From the NCBI GenBank assembly GCA_964291415.2, contig OZ219918.1:320001-384000 (forward strand): a stretch of 64,000 bases of DNA. The letters run 5' to 3'. Each line of letters opens with the position of its first letter. The stretch's first letter is position 1. Below are positions 49,779 to 59,435 of this stretch, in pieces. The notes under the pieces were generated by a model. The model was not told the DNA's origin and made no database searches. It worked only from the letters and a program-made list of their open reading frames with translations. The translations under genes were made by a program, and so were the position numbers. This stretch comes from Alphaproteobacteria bacterium. GTDB lineage: Bacteria; Pseudomonadota; Alphaproteobacteria; SP197.

Positions 49779-51014
49779 CTACCAGAAGAGGTGAGGCGTG
49801 GTCGTGATCTCGTCCACTCCGGTGTCGGTGACGATGAAGTTGGTCTCGAAGGTGGCGGTCCCGACGCCGTCAGCCTCGAAGAAGGCCTCCACGGAGTGCA
49901 CCATGCCTTCCAGGAACACGTCCTCCTCGCTGCACAGGCGGGTCTCGATGTAGGGCGCTTCCCACATGCATCCCACGCTGTGTCCGTAGTAGGGCCAGGC
50001 CGTCTTCAGGACATCGGACTGGTAGCCGGACTGTTCCGAGAGGTCATCTGCCAGACGGGCGACATCCATGACGGCAACGCCTGGCCTGATGGCGGCCATG
50101 AGCTTCTCCATGACATCGACAAGGGTTTCGATGAGATGCTTCTGATCGGCGGTCGGCCGGCCGCCGCATACCGCGGTGCGGCCGGGATCGAGCCAGTAGC
50201 CCTTGTAGATCGGCCCGTAGATGAAGCCGTGCACGATATCGCCCTCGTGCGGCGTCCTGGTGCTGAAGCCGTTGATCGGATCGCTTTCCAGATACTGGCT
50301 CACGGCACCATGCGAGATGGCCATGCGATGCCAGTTGCAGCCCCGCTCGAGCAGGAGTGCGCCGGCCCGGGACGCCGCCTCCGATTCGGAGGTTCCGGCG
50401 ATGAGCGCCTCCATCATGGCCACATGGGCACGGGTCACGTACGCGCCGGCCTCGCGGTAGAGCGCCAGTTCGCGTGCACTCTTGATCAGACGGACGTCGC
50501 GGACGAGATCGTCTTCCACGACCCAGTCGATCTGGGGTGTCGCGGCGCGAAGCTGGAGCCAGTACTTCATGGGCAGGCAGTCGCTGCCCACGAAAGCAAC
50601 GCGTCCTTCGATCCGGCGCTCGCGCAGGATCCGGGCCAATCCCGCGATCGGATCGTAGAGACCGCTGAAGCGATCCGTCGCGATCTGATCGTACCGGGGC
50701 TCGGTCTCGTCGGTCACCAGTTCCGGACTCTGGCCCGGCTGCAGGATGACCGCGCAGTACGAACGCGCGTTCCACAGAGTGGTGTCGGGCTCCTGGCCGG
50801 AGTGGGTGGAGAAGAAGTTCGTCAGGTAGAGCACGTCACCGGCGCGTTCGTAGACCCCGGATGTCTTGCCCCAGACCACCGCCACCTCATAACCCAGCGT
50901 CGTCATGTGTTCATGAACGCGTTTCCAGCGCTCTTCGTACTCCTCCAGAGGGAACGGACGAATGTCCGAGTCGGCTTGAAGCCTGCTTCCAGGTGATCCT
51001 GCATGTCCGGTCAT
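49779..51014 (-). CDS. M24 family (creatinase/ectoine hydrolase/Xaa-Pro-like) protein
   Basis: FPLEEYEERW, YLTNF, RLIKSARE, GHSVG, VE, FE. Confidence 0.85.
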   Translation of the reverse strand: MTGHAGSPGSRLQADSDIRPFPLEEYEERWKRVHEHMTTLGYEVAVVWGKTSGVYERAGDVLYLTNFFSTHSGQEPDTTLWNARSYCAVILQPGQSPELVTDETEPRYDQIATDRFSGLYDPIAGLARILRERRIEGRVAFVGSDCLPMKYWLQLRAATPQIDWVVEDDLVRDVRLIKSARELALYREAGAYVTRAHVAMMEALIAGTSESEAASRAGALLLERGCNWHRMAISHGAVSQYLESDPINGFSTRTPHEGDIVHGFIYGPIYKGYWLDPGRTAVCGGRPTADQKHLIETLVDVMEKLMAAIRPGVAVMDVARLADDLSEQSGYQSDVLKTAWPYYGHSVGCMWEAPYIETRLCSEEDVFLEGMVHSVEAFFEADGVGTATFETNFIVTDTGVDEITTTPHLFW

Positions 51015-51194
51015 GTTGGTGCGCCTCCACGCTCTGGACCGCCGTCGCGCATGCCGGGAGTCAACGCCGGCGCGACTCACAGGGTCGGCATCGCCCGACC
51101 CGCGATCCTGTTCGCTGACAAGACTAGGACAGAATTCGAGAACGAGCCAATGGCGCCACTGGCCATCGTCACACCCTTCCAGGCGCCGGGCACA

Positions 51195-52853
51195 TCAGGA
51201 GGATCGGTACCCGTAGTCCCTTTCAGCGGCGGCAGGAGTCACGAGTCCGCTCTTGAGATCGGCGGCGATCAGTGCCGGGTCCCGCGTTGCCGGGTCTCCG
51301 TATCCGCCGCCGCCCGGCGATTCGAGCCGGAGTGTTTCGTTCGGGGGAATGTCCTGTTCGCCCTTGCCGTTGAGCGGTCGTCCCGAAGCGAGGCGCAGGA
51401 TGCCGCGGGCGCCGTCGTGGCCGCCCTCCCGGCCTCGCGGCGGGTAGGTGATCCTGTCGAGCGCCGCCGCCAGCTGGAGCGTTGCGTTTTCGGAGGATGC
51501 AACCTCGATGATCTGTCCGTGACCGCCGCGATGGCGCCCGGCGCCGCCGGAATCGGGGCGCAGTTCGCGGCGCCAGACGATGAGCGGGGCGACGGATTCG
51601 GCCAGTTCCACCTGGGTTCCGATGACGCCCGACGGAAAGGCGGTCGCATCGAGACCGTCGCTCGAGGGGCGGGCGCCGGTGCCGCCGTTGTGGACCATCT
51701 CAAGGGCGAATCGCGTCTGTCCGCTGGAATGGTAGATTCCGAAACCACCTCTCAGGGGAAGATCCCATAGCACCGATGTCCCCTCGGCCGGTACGCTGCC
51801 GGGTCTCGCCTGGTGCAGACAGCCCAGAGCGGCGTCGGGAAGCAGTTGTCCGACGATGTGGCGCATGGTCACGGGAGCCGGCTTGCTGGCATTCATGATG
51901 GAGCCTTCCGGGGCCAGGACGACAAAGGGCTCCAAGGCTCCGGCGTTGTTGGGAACATCCGGTGCGATGACGCACTTGAGTCCGAACACCGTGTAGGCCT
52001 GGGAGTAGGTCAGGGGGCAGTTGATGCCGTAACGGGAGGCCGGTGAACTGCCGCTGAAGTCGATGGCGAGGGCGCCATCTGCAATGGTGAGTCTGGCCGC
52101 GATCCTGATCTCGAACTCATAGCCGTCAACCATCATCTCGTTCGACCAGGTTCCGGAAGGCCACGAACGAAGCCTTTCGCGCGTCGCCTCGCGCGATGTG
52201 TTGATGATGTGGTCCGAAAGGCCGGCGAGCGACGTGAGGGTGAACTCCCGCATCATGTCGGCCAAGCGTTCCTCACCCACTTCACAGCAGGCTATGAGAG
52301 CGTAGAGATCGCCTTCGTTCTGCACCGGAACCCGGCTGTTTGCCCTGAGGAGGGTCATCAGCGTGTGGTTGATCGTGCCGCCTTCGATGAGCTTGATGGG
52401 CGGGATGAACATGCCTTCCTCGAAGACGTCGGCGGCGTCGGGGCCGAAGCTCCTGCCGCCGATGTCGGCGAGGTGCGAGGTACAGGCATTGAGGCCCACC
52501 ACCCTGCCGTCGAGAAAGCACGGCTTGACCAGCACGAAATCGTTGAGGTGGCCGGCCCCGATCCAGGGGTCATTGGTCATCCAGAGGTCACCGGGACGAG
52601 CCTCGCCAGGGGGGAAGTGGCGGATCAGGTGACGGACCGAAGCTGCCATGGTGTTGATGTGGCCCGGTGTGCCCGTCACCGCCTGGGCCATCATGCGTCC
52701 CTCGAGATCGAAAATGCCCGCCGAGATATCACCCGATTCGCGCACGATGGGGCTGAAGGCGGCGCGCATCAGTGTCTGGCCCTGTTCCTCGACAACCGAA
52801 ATGAGACGGTCCCACATGATCTGAAGGTGAATTCTCTCGAGCGCGTCGGTCAT
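51195..52853 (-). CDS. hyuB: Hydantoinase B / oxoprolinase subunit
   Basis: FSPIVRESGD, NDPWIGAGHLND, HLADIGG, DSGGAGRHRGG, PGGGGYGDP. Confidence 0.9.
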   Translation of the reverse strand: MTDALERIHLQIMWDRLISVVEEQGQTLMRAAFSPIVRESGDISAGIFDLEGRMMAQAVTGTPGHINTMAASVRHLIRHFPPGEARPGDLWMTNDPWIGAGHLNDFVLVKPCFLDGRVVGLNACTSHLADIGGRSFGPDAADVFEEGMFIPPIKLIEGGTINHTLMTLLRANSRVPVQNEGDLYALIACCEVGEERLADMMREFTLTSLAGLSDHIINTSREATRERLRSWPSGTWSNEMMVDGYEFEIRIAARLTIADGALAIDFSGSSPASRYGINCPLTYSQAYTVFGLKCVIAPDVPNNAGALEPFVVLAPEGSIMNASKPAPVTMRHIVGQLLPDAALGCLHQARPGSVPAEGTSVLWDLPLRGGFGIYHSSGQTRFALEMVHNGGTGARPSSDGLDATAFPSGVIGTQVELAESVAPLIVWRRELRPDSGGAGRHRGGHGQIIEVASSENATLQLAAALDRITYPPRGREGGHDGARGILRLASGRPLNGKGEQDIPPNETLRLESPGGGGYGDPATRDPALIAADLKSGLVTPAAAERDYGYRSS

Positions 52854-54958
52854 GACGGGGTTGCCTCCCTTGCCTCGAGGACGATGTATCCGTTGCCGTC
52901 GATCCGTCCTTGGAATGACGCGGTGACCACGGTGGTGGTCTGTCCCTCGGTGATGACGCAGGGGCCCTCGAAGGCGGCACCGGGGGCCAGCGACTCCCTG
53001 CTGAAGACCGGCACACCCACCATCTGTCCTGTGGCAGGGTCCACAAGGTGGCGCCGTGACGAGCCTGTCCCTTCGTCTCTCCTGGCGGTCATCACCGTAT
53101 CCGGGTCGTCCGGCAGCGGTGCCGCGACCACCAGCTTCCAACCGAGGATCTCGACGTCCATTCCCGGCACGCTGCGGGAGTACTGCCGGGCATACTCTCG
53201 ATCATATGCCGCCTGAAGGACCGTCCTTTCGCCATCGCCGATTGTCCCGTTGCTGACGGGCACCTCGATTTCGTGTCCCTGTCCGAGATAGCGCATGAAA
53301 CAGGTGCGGCGTTCCTCGAGGGGGACATCTCCGGCTCCCTGGCGGACGATGGTCGATGCCTCGCCGGCCAGGGCGGCGTAGATCCCTGCCACCACCGTGG
53401 CATCGAACGTGGCCAGGGTCATGTAGAGGCTGCGCACGACCTCGAATGCGACCGGTGCGCGCAGCATGCCGACGGCAGAGCCAACGCCGGGATGGAGAGG
53501 GATGACGACGCGCCTGATGCCGAGCTTTTCGGCCATGCGGCAGGCATGCAGCGGACCTGCGCCTCCGAATGCGATCATCGTGCATTGTCTCACGACCTTG
53601 CCTCGCTCGACCGCATGAACCTGGGCAGCGCTGGCCATGTTCTCGTCGACGACTTCCGATATGCCGAGCGCTCCGGCCATGACATCCATGGAAAGTGGCT
53701 CGGCAATGTCCCGCCGGATGACCTGCCGGGCCGCGTCGGTATCGAGGGTCATACTGCCGCCGGCGAATCCCGTTGCCTCGAGGCGTCCTAGAACGAGATC
53801 GGCGTCGGTGACCGTGGCATCGGTGCCGCCTCTGGCGTAGCAACTCGGCCCCGGTTCCGATCCGGCGCTGCGCGGACCGACCGAAATCCGCCCGAGACCG
53901 TCCATGCCGGCGATCGATCCCCCTCCGGCGCCGATCTCGATCATCTCGATCACCGGCAGGCGAACGGTCATGCCGCTCCCCTTCATGAAACGCGCGGCAC
54001 GGGCAATCTCGAAGATGCGGGCTGTCTGCGGCCTCGCATCGTCGATCATGCAGATCTTGGCCGTCGTGCCGCCCATGTCGTAGGACAGCACGCGGGGCTC
54101 ACCGCACTTGCCTGCCACCTTCGCGGCGAGTACCGCGCCGGCGCTCGGTCCCGATTCGACGAGACGGACAGGAAAGCTCATCGCCGTCTCAAGGGAGCAG
54201 ATGCTGCCGCCTGATGTCATCAGCAGCAACGGCCCAGGGATGCCGGCATCGGCGAGTTCTGCCGCAAGCGCACCGAGATAGCGGGCCATCAGCGGCCGCA
54301 CGTAGGCATTGCACACAGTCGTGGTGAGTCGTTCGTACTCCCTGACTTCAGGACAGGCCTCTGAAGAGAGGGTGATGGATACGTCGGGACATTCGCGCAC
54401 GATAAGGTCGCGAACCCGTTCTTCATGACGCGGGTTGGCATAGGCGTGCAGGAGACCGATGGCGACGGATTCGACCTGTTCGTCACGGATCTTTCCCGCG
54501 ATTGCCAGGACACTCGTCTCGTCGAGCTCGATGAGCGGGGTCCCGTTGACGTCCATGCGCTCCGTCACCGGCCAGGTAAGGTGGCGCGGGACCAGCGGCT
54601 CGGGCTTGTTCAGCCAGATATCGTACTGATCGTATCGGTTTTCATAGGCGAGGCGCAGCGTATCGCGGAAGCCGCGGGTGCACACCAGGGCCGTTCTGGC
54701 GCCCCTTCGTTCGATGAGCGCGTTGGTGGCAAGCGTGGTGCCGTGAATCACCGAGCGGACGGCATCGACACCGATACCGGCCTTCTCCAGCGCCAGTCTG
54801 ACACCGGTCATCACGCCTCGTTCCGGTGCCCTTGGTGTCGTGGGAACTTTCGATGTCTCGAGTCGGCCGTCACTGGTTTCAAGGGCAACGTCCGTGAACG
54901 TGCCGCCGACATCAATTCCTATGCGGACGCGACCCTGGGATGCAGCGTATTCAGACAT
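52850..54958 (-). CDS. hyuA: Hydantoinase A / oxoprolinase subunit
   Basis: IDVGGTFTD, HGTTLATNA, ESGP, DMGGTT, GAGGGS, AFGGAG. Confidence 0.92.
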   Translation of the reverse strand: MSEYAASQGRVRIGIDVGGTFTDVALETSDGRLETSKVPTTPRAPERGVMTGVRLALEKAGIGVDAVRSVIHGTTLATNALIERRGARTALVCTRGFRDTLRLAYENRYDQYDIWLNKPEPLVPRHLTWPVTERMDVNGTPLIELDETSVLAIAGKIRDEQVESVAIGLLHAYANPRHEERVRDLIVRECPDVSITLSSEACPEVREYERLTTTVCNAYVRPLMARYLGALAAELADAGIPGPLLLMTSGGSICSLETAMSFPVRLVESGPSAGAVLAAKVAGKCGEPRVLSYDMGGTTAKICMIDDARPQTARIFEIARAARFMKGSGMTVRLPVIEMIEIGAGGGSIAGMDGLGRISVGPRSAGSEPGPSCYARGGTDATVTDADLVLGRLEATGFAGGSMTLDTDAARQVIRRDIAEPLSMDVMAGALGISEVVDENMASAAQVHAVERGKVVRQCTMIAFGGAGPLHACRMAEKLGIRRVVIPLHPGVGSAVGMLRAPVAFEVVRSLYMTLATFDATVVAGIYAALAGEASTIVRQGAGDVPLEERRTCFMRYLGQGHEIEVPVSNGTIGDGERTVLQAAYDREYARQYSRSVPGMDVEILGWKLVVAAPLPDDPDTVMTARRDEGTGSSRRHLVDPATGQMVGVPVFSRESLAPGAAFEGPCVITEGQTTTVVTASFQGRIDGNGYIVLEAREATPS

Positions 54959-55016
54959 CGTGTTCAGTGTGCTGGGTGATTGTTGCGATCCGGACCGCAA
55001 CGGACGGCGCCCGGCT

Positions 55017-55098
55017 TCGCCAGGCATGCCGCGAACGGTCAGGTTGCCGGGAGAATGCCACCCGTTGAAATCCCGTCAACCGCCGGGATGCCTGGCGA
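55017..55098. repeat. About 80-nt nested inverted repeat upstream of hyuA
   Basis: TCGCCAGGCAT/ATGCCTGGCGA (11 bp perfect) enclosing GGTTGCCGGGA/TCCCGTCAACC. Confidence 0.55.
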
Positions 55099-55254
55099 CA
55101 ATCCAGCAACGCGTTCCACGCCCATCACCGGCCATGTCGAACCGTGACGACCTTGCCGCATCCGTGTCCGGCGCAAGGTTGGGGAATCGATCGGTCGAAT
55201 CCCCCAGATGAGGGATCCGCCGGTCAGCGCCACGACATCTTCCGTTGCGGGCGG

Positions 55255-56112
55255 TCACGAAGCAGTTCGACCCTGCCGGCCGGCAAAGAACCGGCAGAGT
55301 TCCGAGTCGGGTACCTGGCGCTGCGAGTAGGCAAAGGTGCCGCGATCGCGGATCTCCGCGGCCGCGTCCCGGATGAGTCCGAAGGTTGCGCGGGCCAGCG
55401 ACCCGCCGACGCTGATCCGCTTGACCCCCAGATCCTCGAGCTGGTTCACGGTCATCGGATTGCCGGCAAGTCCCATGACCACGTTGACCGGGGCGTCGAC
55501 CTCCTTCACCAGGCGGCCAATGGTCCTGGCGTCGGTCATCCCGGGCACGTAGAGGCAGTCCGCTCCTGCATCTCGATAGGCCGTGGCCCTCGTCACCGAC
55601 TCCACGAACGGATTCTCGGATCCGACGAGGTAACATTCGGCCCTTGCCGTCAGGATGAACGGAAACGGCAGGGAGGCCGCAGTCGCCACCGCCGCCTCGA
55701 TTCTCTCGACCGACAGCGTGTGATCGTAGAGTTCGCCCGTGCCGTAGGAGGCGGCAAAGTCCTCGATGCTCGCGCCGACCGCGCCAGTCTCTGCCATCCG
55801 GAGGATGGTCTCGGCAACCTTCTCCGGGGAGTGACCGTAACCGTTTTCGGCGTCCACGCTGACCGGTATCCGAACGGCGCGGCAAATCCGGCCGGTTTCC
55901 TCCTCTGCTTCCTCCTGGGAGAGCGCTCCTTCATAATCAGGCAGTCCCAGACCGAAGGCGATCCCCGCGCTTGTCGTGCCCACCGCTGGGAAGCCGGCGG
56001 CTTCGAGCATGCGCGCGCTGCCGGCGTTCCACGCATTCGGCATCACGAATACTCCGTCAGCCGAATGCAGTTCCCTGAACACTGTCCCTCTGGTTTTCTG
56101 TGCGTCATCCAT
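55255..56112 (-). CDS. Isocitrate lyase/PEP mutase superfamily protein
   Basis: MPNAWN, GTTSAG, VDAENGYG, SIED, ARAE, AGADCLYVPG. Confidence 0.88.
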   Translation of the reverse strand: MDDAQKTRGTVFRELHSADGVFVMPNAWNAGSARMLEAAGFPAVGTTSAGIAFGLGLPDYEGALSQEEAEEETGRICRAVRIPVSVDAENGYGHSPEKVAETILRMAETGAVGASIEDFAASYGTGELYDHTLSVERIEAAVATAASLPFPFILTARAECYLVGSENPFVESVTRATAYRDAGADCLYVPGMTDARTIGRLVKEVDAPVNVVMGLAGNPMTVNQLEDLGVKRISVGGSLARATFGLIRDAAAEIRDRGTFAYSQRQVPDSELCRFFAGRQGRTAS

Positions 56113-56583
56113 GGTCCGGCATTCCCTTGCACACCTGCTGGTAGAGAGTTCATCAGACATGTGATCAAGGGGGCGCTTCGATGATCATGGCACCCTGTTC
56201 CCCCGGATTCACGCAACCGTCGCGCGAGGCGCCCGGGCATGTGATCACAACAAACCTGCGGTGCTGTTTACGAGCGTGTGTCGCGCGATGGAAAGGAAAT
56301 CTCGTGACGGGTGTGCGGACAGATGTCGGAGTCACTCACGCCGGAAGCTCCGTTCGACGGGGACCAGCCGCCGTCGCCCTTGCAGGTCGGGAGCGGGATC
56401 GACTATCGGCGATCGGGAGTGATTCTGAGTTCTCTGGCATGACGACCTGTCGTGCCATTACGGTGATCGGGGCGCCAACCGAAAGCGGCCCGGCAATCGC
56501 AACGGGCACACGCCCGGACCCCTCGCGAACGCCCGCCGGCCGGGCGTCGGGTCAAAGTACCCTTGACCGGTTTAATGTCTTGA

Positions 56584-56605
56584 TAGTATACAAATTGTCG
56601 ACAAT
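56584..56605 (+). promoter_or_regulatory. Tandem GntR/FadR (HypR-like) operator boxes
   Basis: TAGTATACAA-A-TTGTCGACAA; perfect palindrome ATTGTCGACAAT in an AT-rich patch. Confidence 0.65.
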
Positions 56606-56681
56606 ATGTGACATGACAGTCACGCCGGTGCCCCGAGGCGGCTCGCATTCACGGTCGTCGCCCGCAACAAGGAGAACAATC

Positions 56682-57623
56682 GTGTTCAAAGGCATCATTC
56701 CCCCCATCATCACGCCGTTTCACGACGACCTCGGCATCGACGAGGCCGGCTACGCCGAAGTGATCGAATACATGATCGCCGGCGGCGTCCACGGCATCGT
56801 CTGCGGCGGAACAACGGGTGAGAGCTACGCCCTGACGCGAGACGAGAGGGTCCGTCAGTTCCGCTTCGCGAAAGAGGTGATTGGCGGTCGCGTGCCCCTG
56901 ATCTGCGGTGTGAACGACATGACGACGACGGGCGCTTGCGCGTATGCCGCCGCGGCGAAGGAGGCGGGTGCCGACGGCATCCTCCTGGCGGCGCCGCCCT
57001 ATTCGCTGCCGACGGAGCGCGAACTTGCCGCTCACTGCCTGGATGTCGACCGAGCCTGCGGGCTGCCGATCATGCTCTACAACTATCCTGGCCGCACCGG
57101 CGTTGAGATGGGTGCCGACTTTCTCGAGCAGGTCGGTCGACGGGCCACATTCAAGGCGATCAAGGAAGCCAGCGGCGACATCGACCGGCTGCACCTCCTT
57201 GCGTGTGATTTTCCGCACATCGAAATCAGCTGCGGCGCCGAGGACCAGGCGCTCGAGTTCTTTGTCTGGGGCGCTACGAGCTGGGTCACGCCGATGGGCA
57301 ACTTTTTCGTCGAGGAGGCGGTCGATTTCTACAACGTCTGTACGCGGGACAAGGATTTCGACAAGGCGCGCGCCATGATGAGGGCTCTGCTGCCGCTCAT
57401 GTCCGCCATCGAGGGCGGCGGCAACTACGCCCAGTCGGTCAAGTACGCCGTTGCCTTCCAGGGACTTCCCGCTGGCCCGGTCCGCCCGCCCATGCGGGAC
57501 ATGAGTGAAGAACTGAAGCGCGAGCTGCATCAGGTCCTCGAGACCGTCAAGGCGACGCTGGACGCAATCCGCTCGCGTGCGAACGGCAATGACGGAGAAA
57601 GACATGTTCGGCTTGTTGGATGA
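56682..57623 (+). CDS. hypD: DapA-family, probable delta1-pyrroline-4-hydroxy-2-carboxylate deaminase (HypD/LhpC)
   Basis: GGTTGE, PPYSLPTERE, YNYPGR, IKEASG, DQALEFF.WGA; hydroxyproline gene context. Confidence 0.8.
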   Translation: MFKGIIPPIITPFHDDLGIDEAGYAEVIEYMIAGGVHGIVCGGTTGESYALTRDERVRQFRFAKEVIGGRVPLICGVNDMTTTGACAYAAAAKEAGADGILLAAPPYSLPTERELAAHCLDVDRACGLPIMLYNYPGRTGVEMGADFLEQVGRRATFKAIKEASGDIDRLHLLACDFPHIEISCGAEDQALEFFVWGATSWVTPMGNFFVEEAVDFYNVCTRDKDFDKARAMMRALLPLMSAIEGGGNYAQSVKYAVAFQGLPAGPVRPPMRDMSEELKRELHQVLETVKATLDAIRSRANGNDGERHVRLVG

Positions 57624-57900
57624 GGATGAAACTGCGGCCATCACGTCGAAACTTGCATGTCCGGCGACCGCGGGCACCAGTGGCGTTTTCGCGGTCGCCT
57701 GATCGGGCAGGATGTTCGAGACCCTGAATTCGTCGGCTGGCAGTCATCGTTGAGGCGACGTCGTGCACTTGAGACGGCGCGAAGCATTCGAATGCGCGGT
57801 TCGGTCGTGTCGTTGCCAGCGCGAACGCACGTCACCGCTGCATCGTTTCGTGATGCTGACCGAACGTCACATCAACGTTCCGGCTGCCCTTGAAGGCATG
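57604..57900 (+). pseudogene. Eroded aldehyde dehydrogenase N-terminal remnant
   Basis: GGAG RBS then MFGLLDEDETAAITSKLACPATA..*SGRMFETLNSSAG..*..REAFE..RER..ERH...ALE; in-frame stops at 57700 and 57751. Confidence 0.6.
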
Positions 57901-58133
57901 GCGATTGTGGCGGTTGCGTCTTCCCCACCGGTCGTGCCGACAGGGAATTCACAATCCTCCGCGACCTCGTCGATAATGACCTGACGGCGCCGGCTTCGTA
58001 GCCCGTTGCGAGGGCGGTACTCGAGAGTGCGGCCCCTTGTTGGAGGGGCGGAACCGCCGATGGACGAACGTTCCGCGCCGGATGTCGGGCCGCCCTGAGT
58101 GGGCGGTTCGCCCGCCAAGGGAGATTCGCATCC

Positions 58134-59171
58134 ATGAAGTGGTCGAAAACGTTGACGATGGTTGAGGCCCACGCGGAAGGCGAGGTCGGCCGCGTCGTAA
58201 CCGGAGGTTTCGTGAATGTTCCCGGAGAAACGGCGGTCGCCAAGCTGGATCATCTGAACCAGGTTGACGACAGCATTCGCCGGTTCTGCGTGTTCGAGCC
58301 TCGTGGCTGCGCCCAAATGAGCACGAATCTCGTTTTTCCGGCGACCCGGCCTGACGCCGATGTCGGGTTCGTCGTCCTGCAGGGCGACAAGGCACACGCC
58401 ATGTCGGGCTCGAATGCCATCTGTGTCACGACGGTCCTGCTGGAGACTGGCGCCATCGCGATGACGGAACCGGAAACGGTGGTTCGTTTCGACACGGCCG
58501 CTGGACTGGTTGCCGCACGCGCCGCGTGCCGCGACGGCAAGTGCGAGCGTGTCACCCTCGACATGCCTCCGGGATTCGTGGAGGACCTGGACGTCGGTCT
58601 CGACGTGCCGGGGCTCGGGTCGGTCACGGTCGACATTGCGTTCGGCGGCATCTACTACGCCCTGATCGATCCCCGGCAGCTTGGCCTTTCGATCGAGCCG
58701 AACCAGGGACGCGCGCTGGTGGACGCCGGATCGAGGATTCATCGCGCCGCCAACGCCGCTCTCTCGTTCTGCCATCCGGAGATCCCGTCCCTCAACAGCC
58801 TGTCCTATGTCATGTTCGTCGACACGCTTGACGACGGCACGCTGATCGGCACGACCGTCCTGCCGCCGGGCCGCCTGGACCGCTCGCCGTGCGGGACTGG
58901 CAACACGGCCCGCATGGCCGCACGTTGGGCTCGCCACCAGGCCCGTCCCGGCGATGTCGTCGAGGCGCGATCGATCATCGGCAGCACGTTCAACGTCGAG
59001 TTCGTGGGGCCGGCGCAGGTCGGCCCGAAACCGGCGATCCGTTCGCGGGTTTCCGGACGCGGGTGGATCCACGGAGTTCACCAGATCGGACTGGATCCGA
59101 GCGATCCGTTTCCAAACGGCTTTCTCCTCTCGGACACCTGGGGCGATGCCTTCGACCTTCTCGCATCCTGA
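58134..59171 (+). CDS. Proline racemase family (hydroxyproline epimerase/dehydratase), Ser/Cys variant
   Basis: HAEGEVG, EPRG, MSGSN, DRSPCGTG. Confidence 0.9.
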   Translation: MKWSKTLTMVEAHAEGEVGRVVTGGFVNVPGETAVAKLDHLNQVDDSIRRFCVFEPRGCAQMSTNLVFPATRPDADVGFVVLQGDKAHAMSGSNAICVTTVLLETGAIAMTEPETVVRFDTAAGLVAARAACRDGKCERVTLDMPPGFVEDLDVGLDVPGLGSVTVDIAFGGIYYALIDPRQLGLSIEPNQGRALVDAGSRIHRAANAALSFCHPEIPSLNSLSYVMFVDTLDDGTLIGTTVLPPGRLDRSPCGTGNTARMAARWARHQARPGDVVEARSIIGSTFNVEFVGPAQVGPKPAIRSRVSGRGWIHGVHQIGLDPSDPFPNGFLLSDTWGDAFDLLAS

Positions 59172-59435
59172 ACGCGGGAGTTCGGCCTTCCGTCTGCTGG
59201 ACCAGCGAATCTGGCTCAGCGGTGTCGACAGCGTGTTTCCTCGCCGAAGGCGGGTCGGGCGTCGCGGTGATGGATTCCCGTCCGTCGGGCGAAAGCGGTT
59301 CGTCTTGCGCCATTCAAGTCGTGTCGGAAATCCGCAGGAAGCCTCAGCCTTGCCGGGCAAACAGTACGTGCTCGCAACGGGCGTTCTCGCTGTCACGCCG
59401 CTTCGCGGCGCCCTGTCGGGTTCGAGTCGCGGGGA

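Noticed and set aside
56439-56495. MTTCRAITVIGAPTESG resembles an arginase N-terminus
   Set aside because: Too short, no RBS and no downstream similarity.
59172-59435. Possible remnant of an FAD dehydrogenase (KQYVLATG) after the racemase gene
   Set aside because: One short motif only; could be chance.
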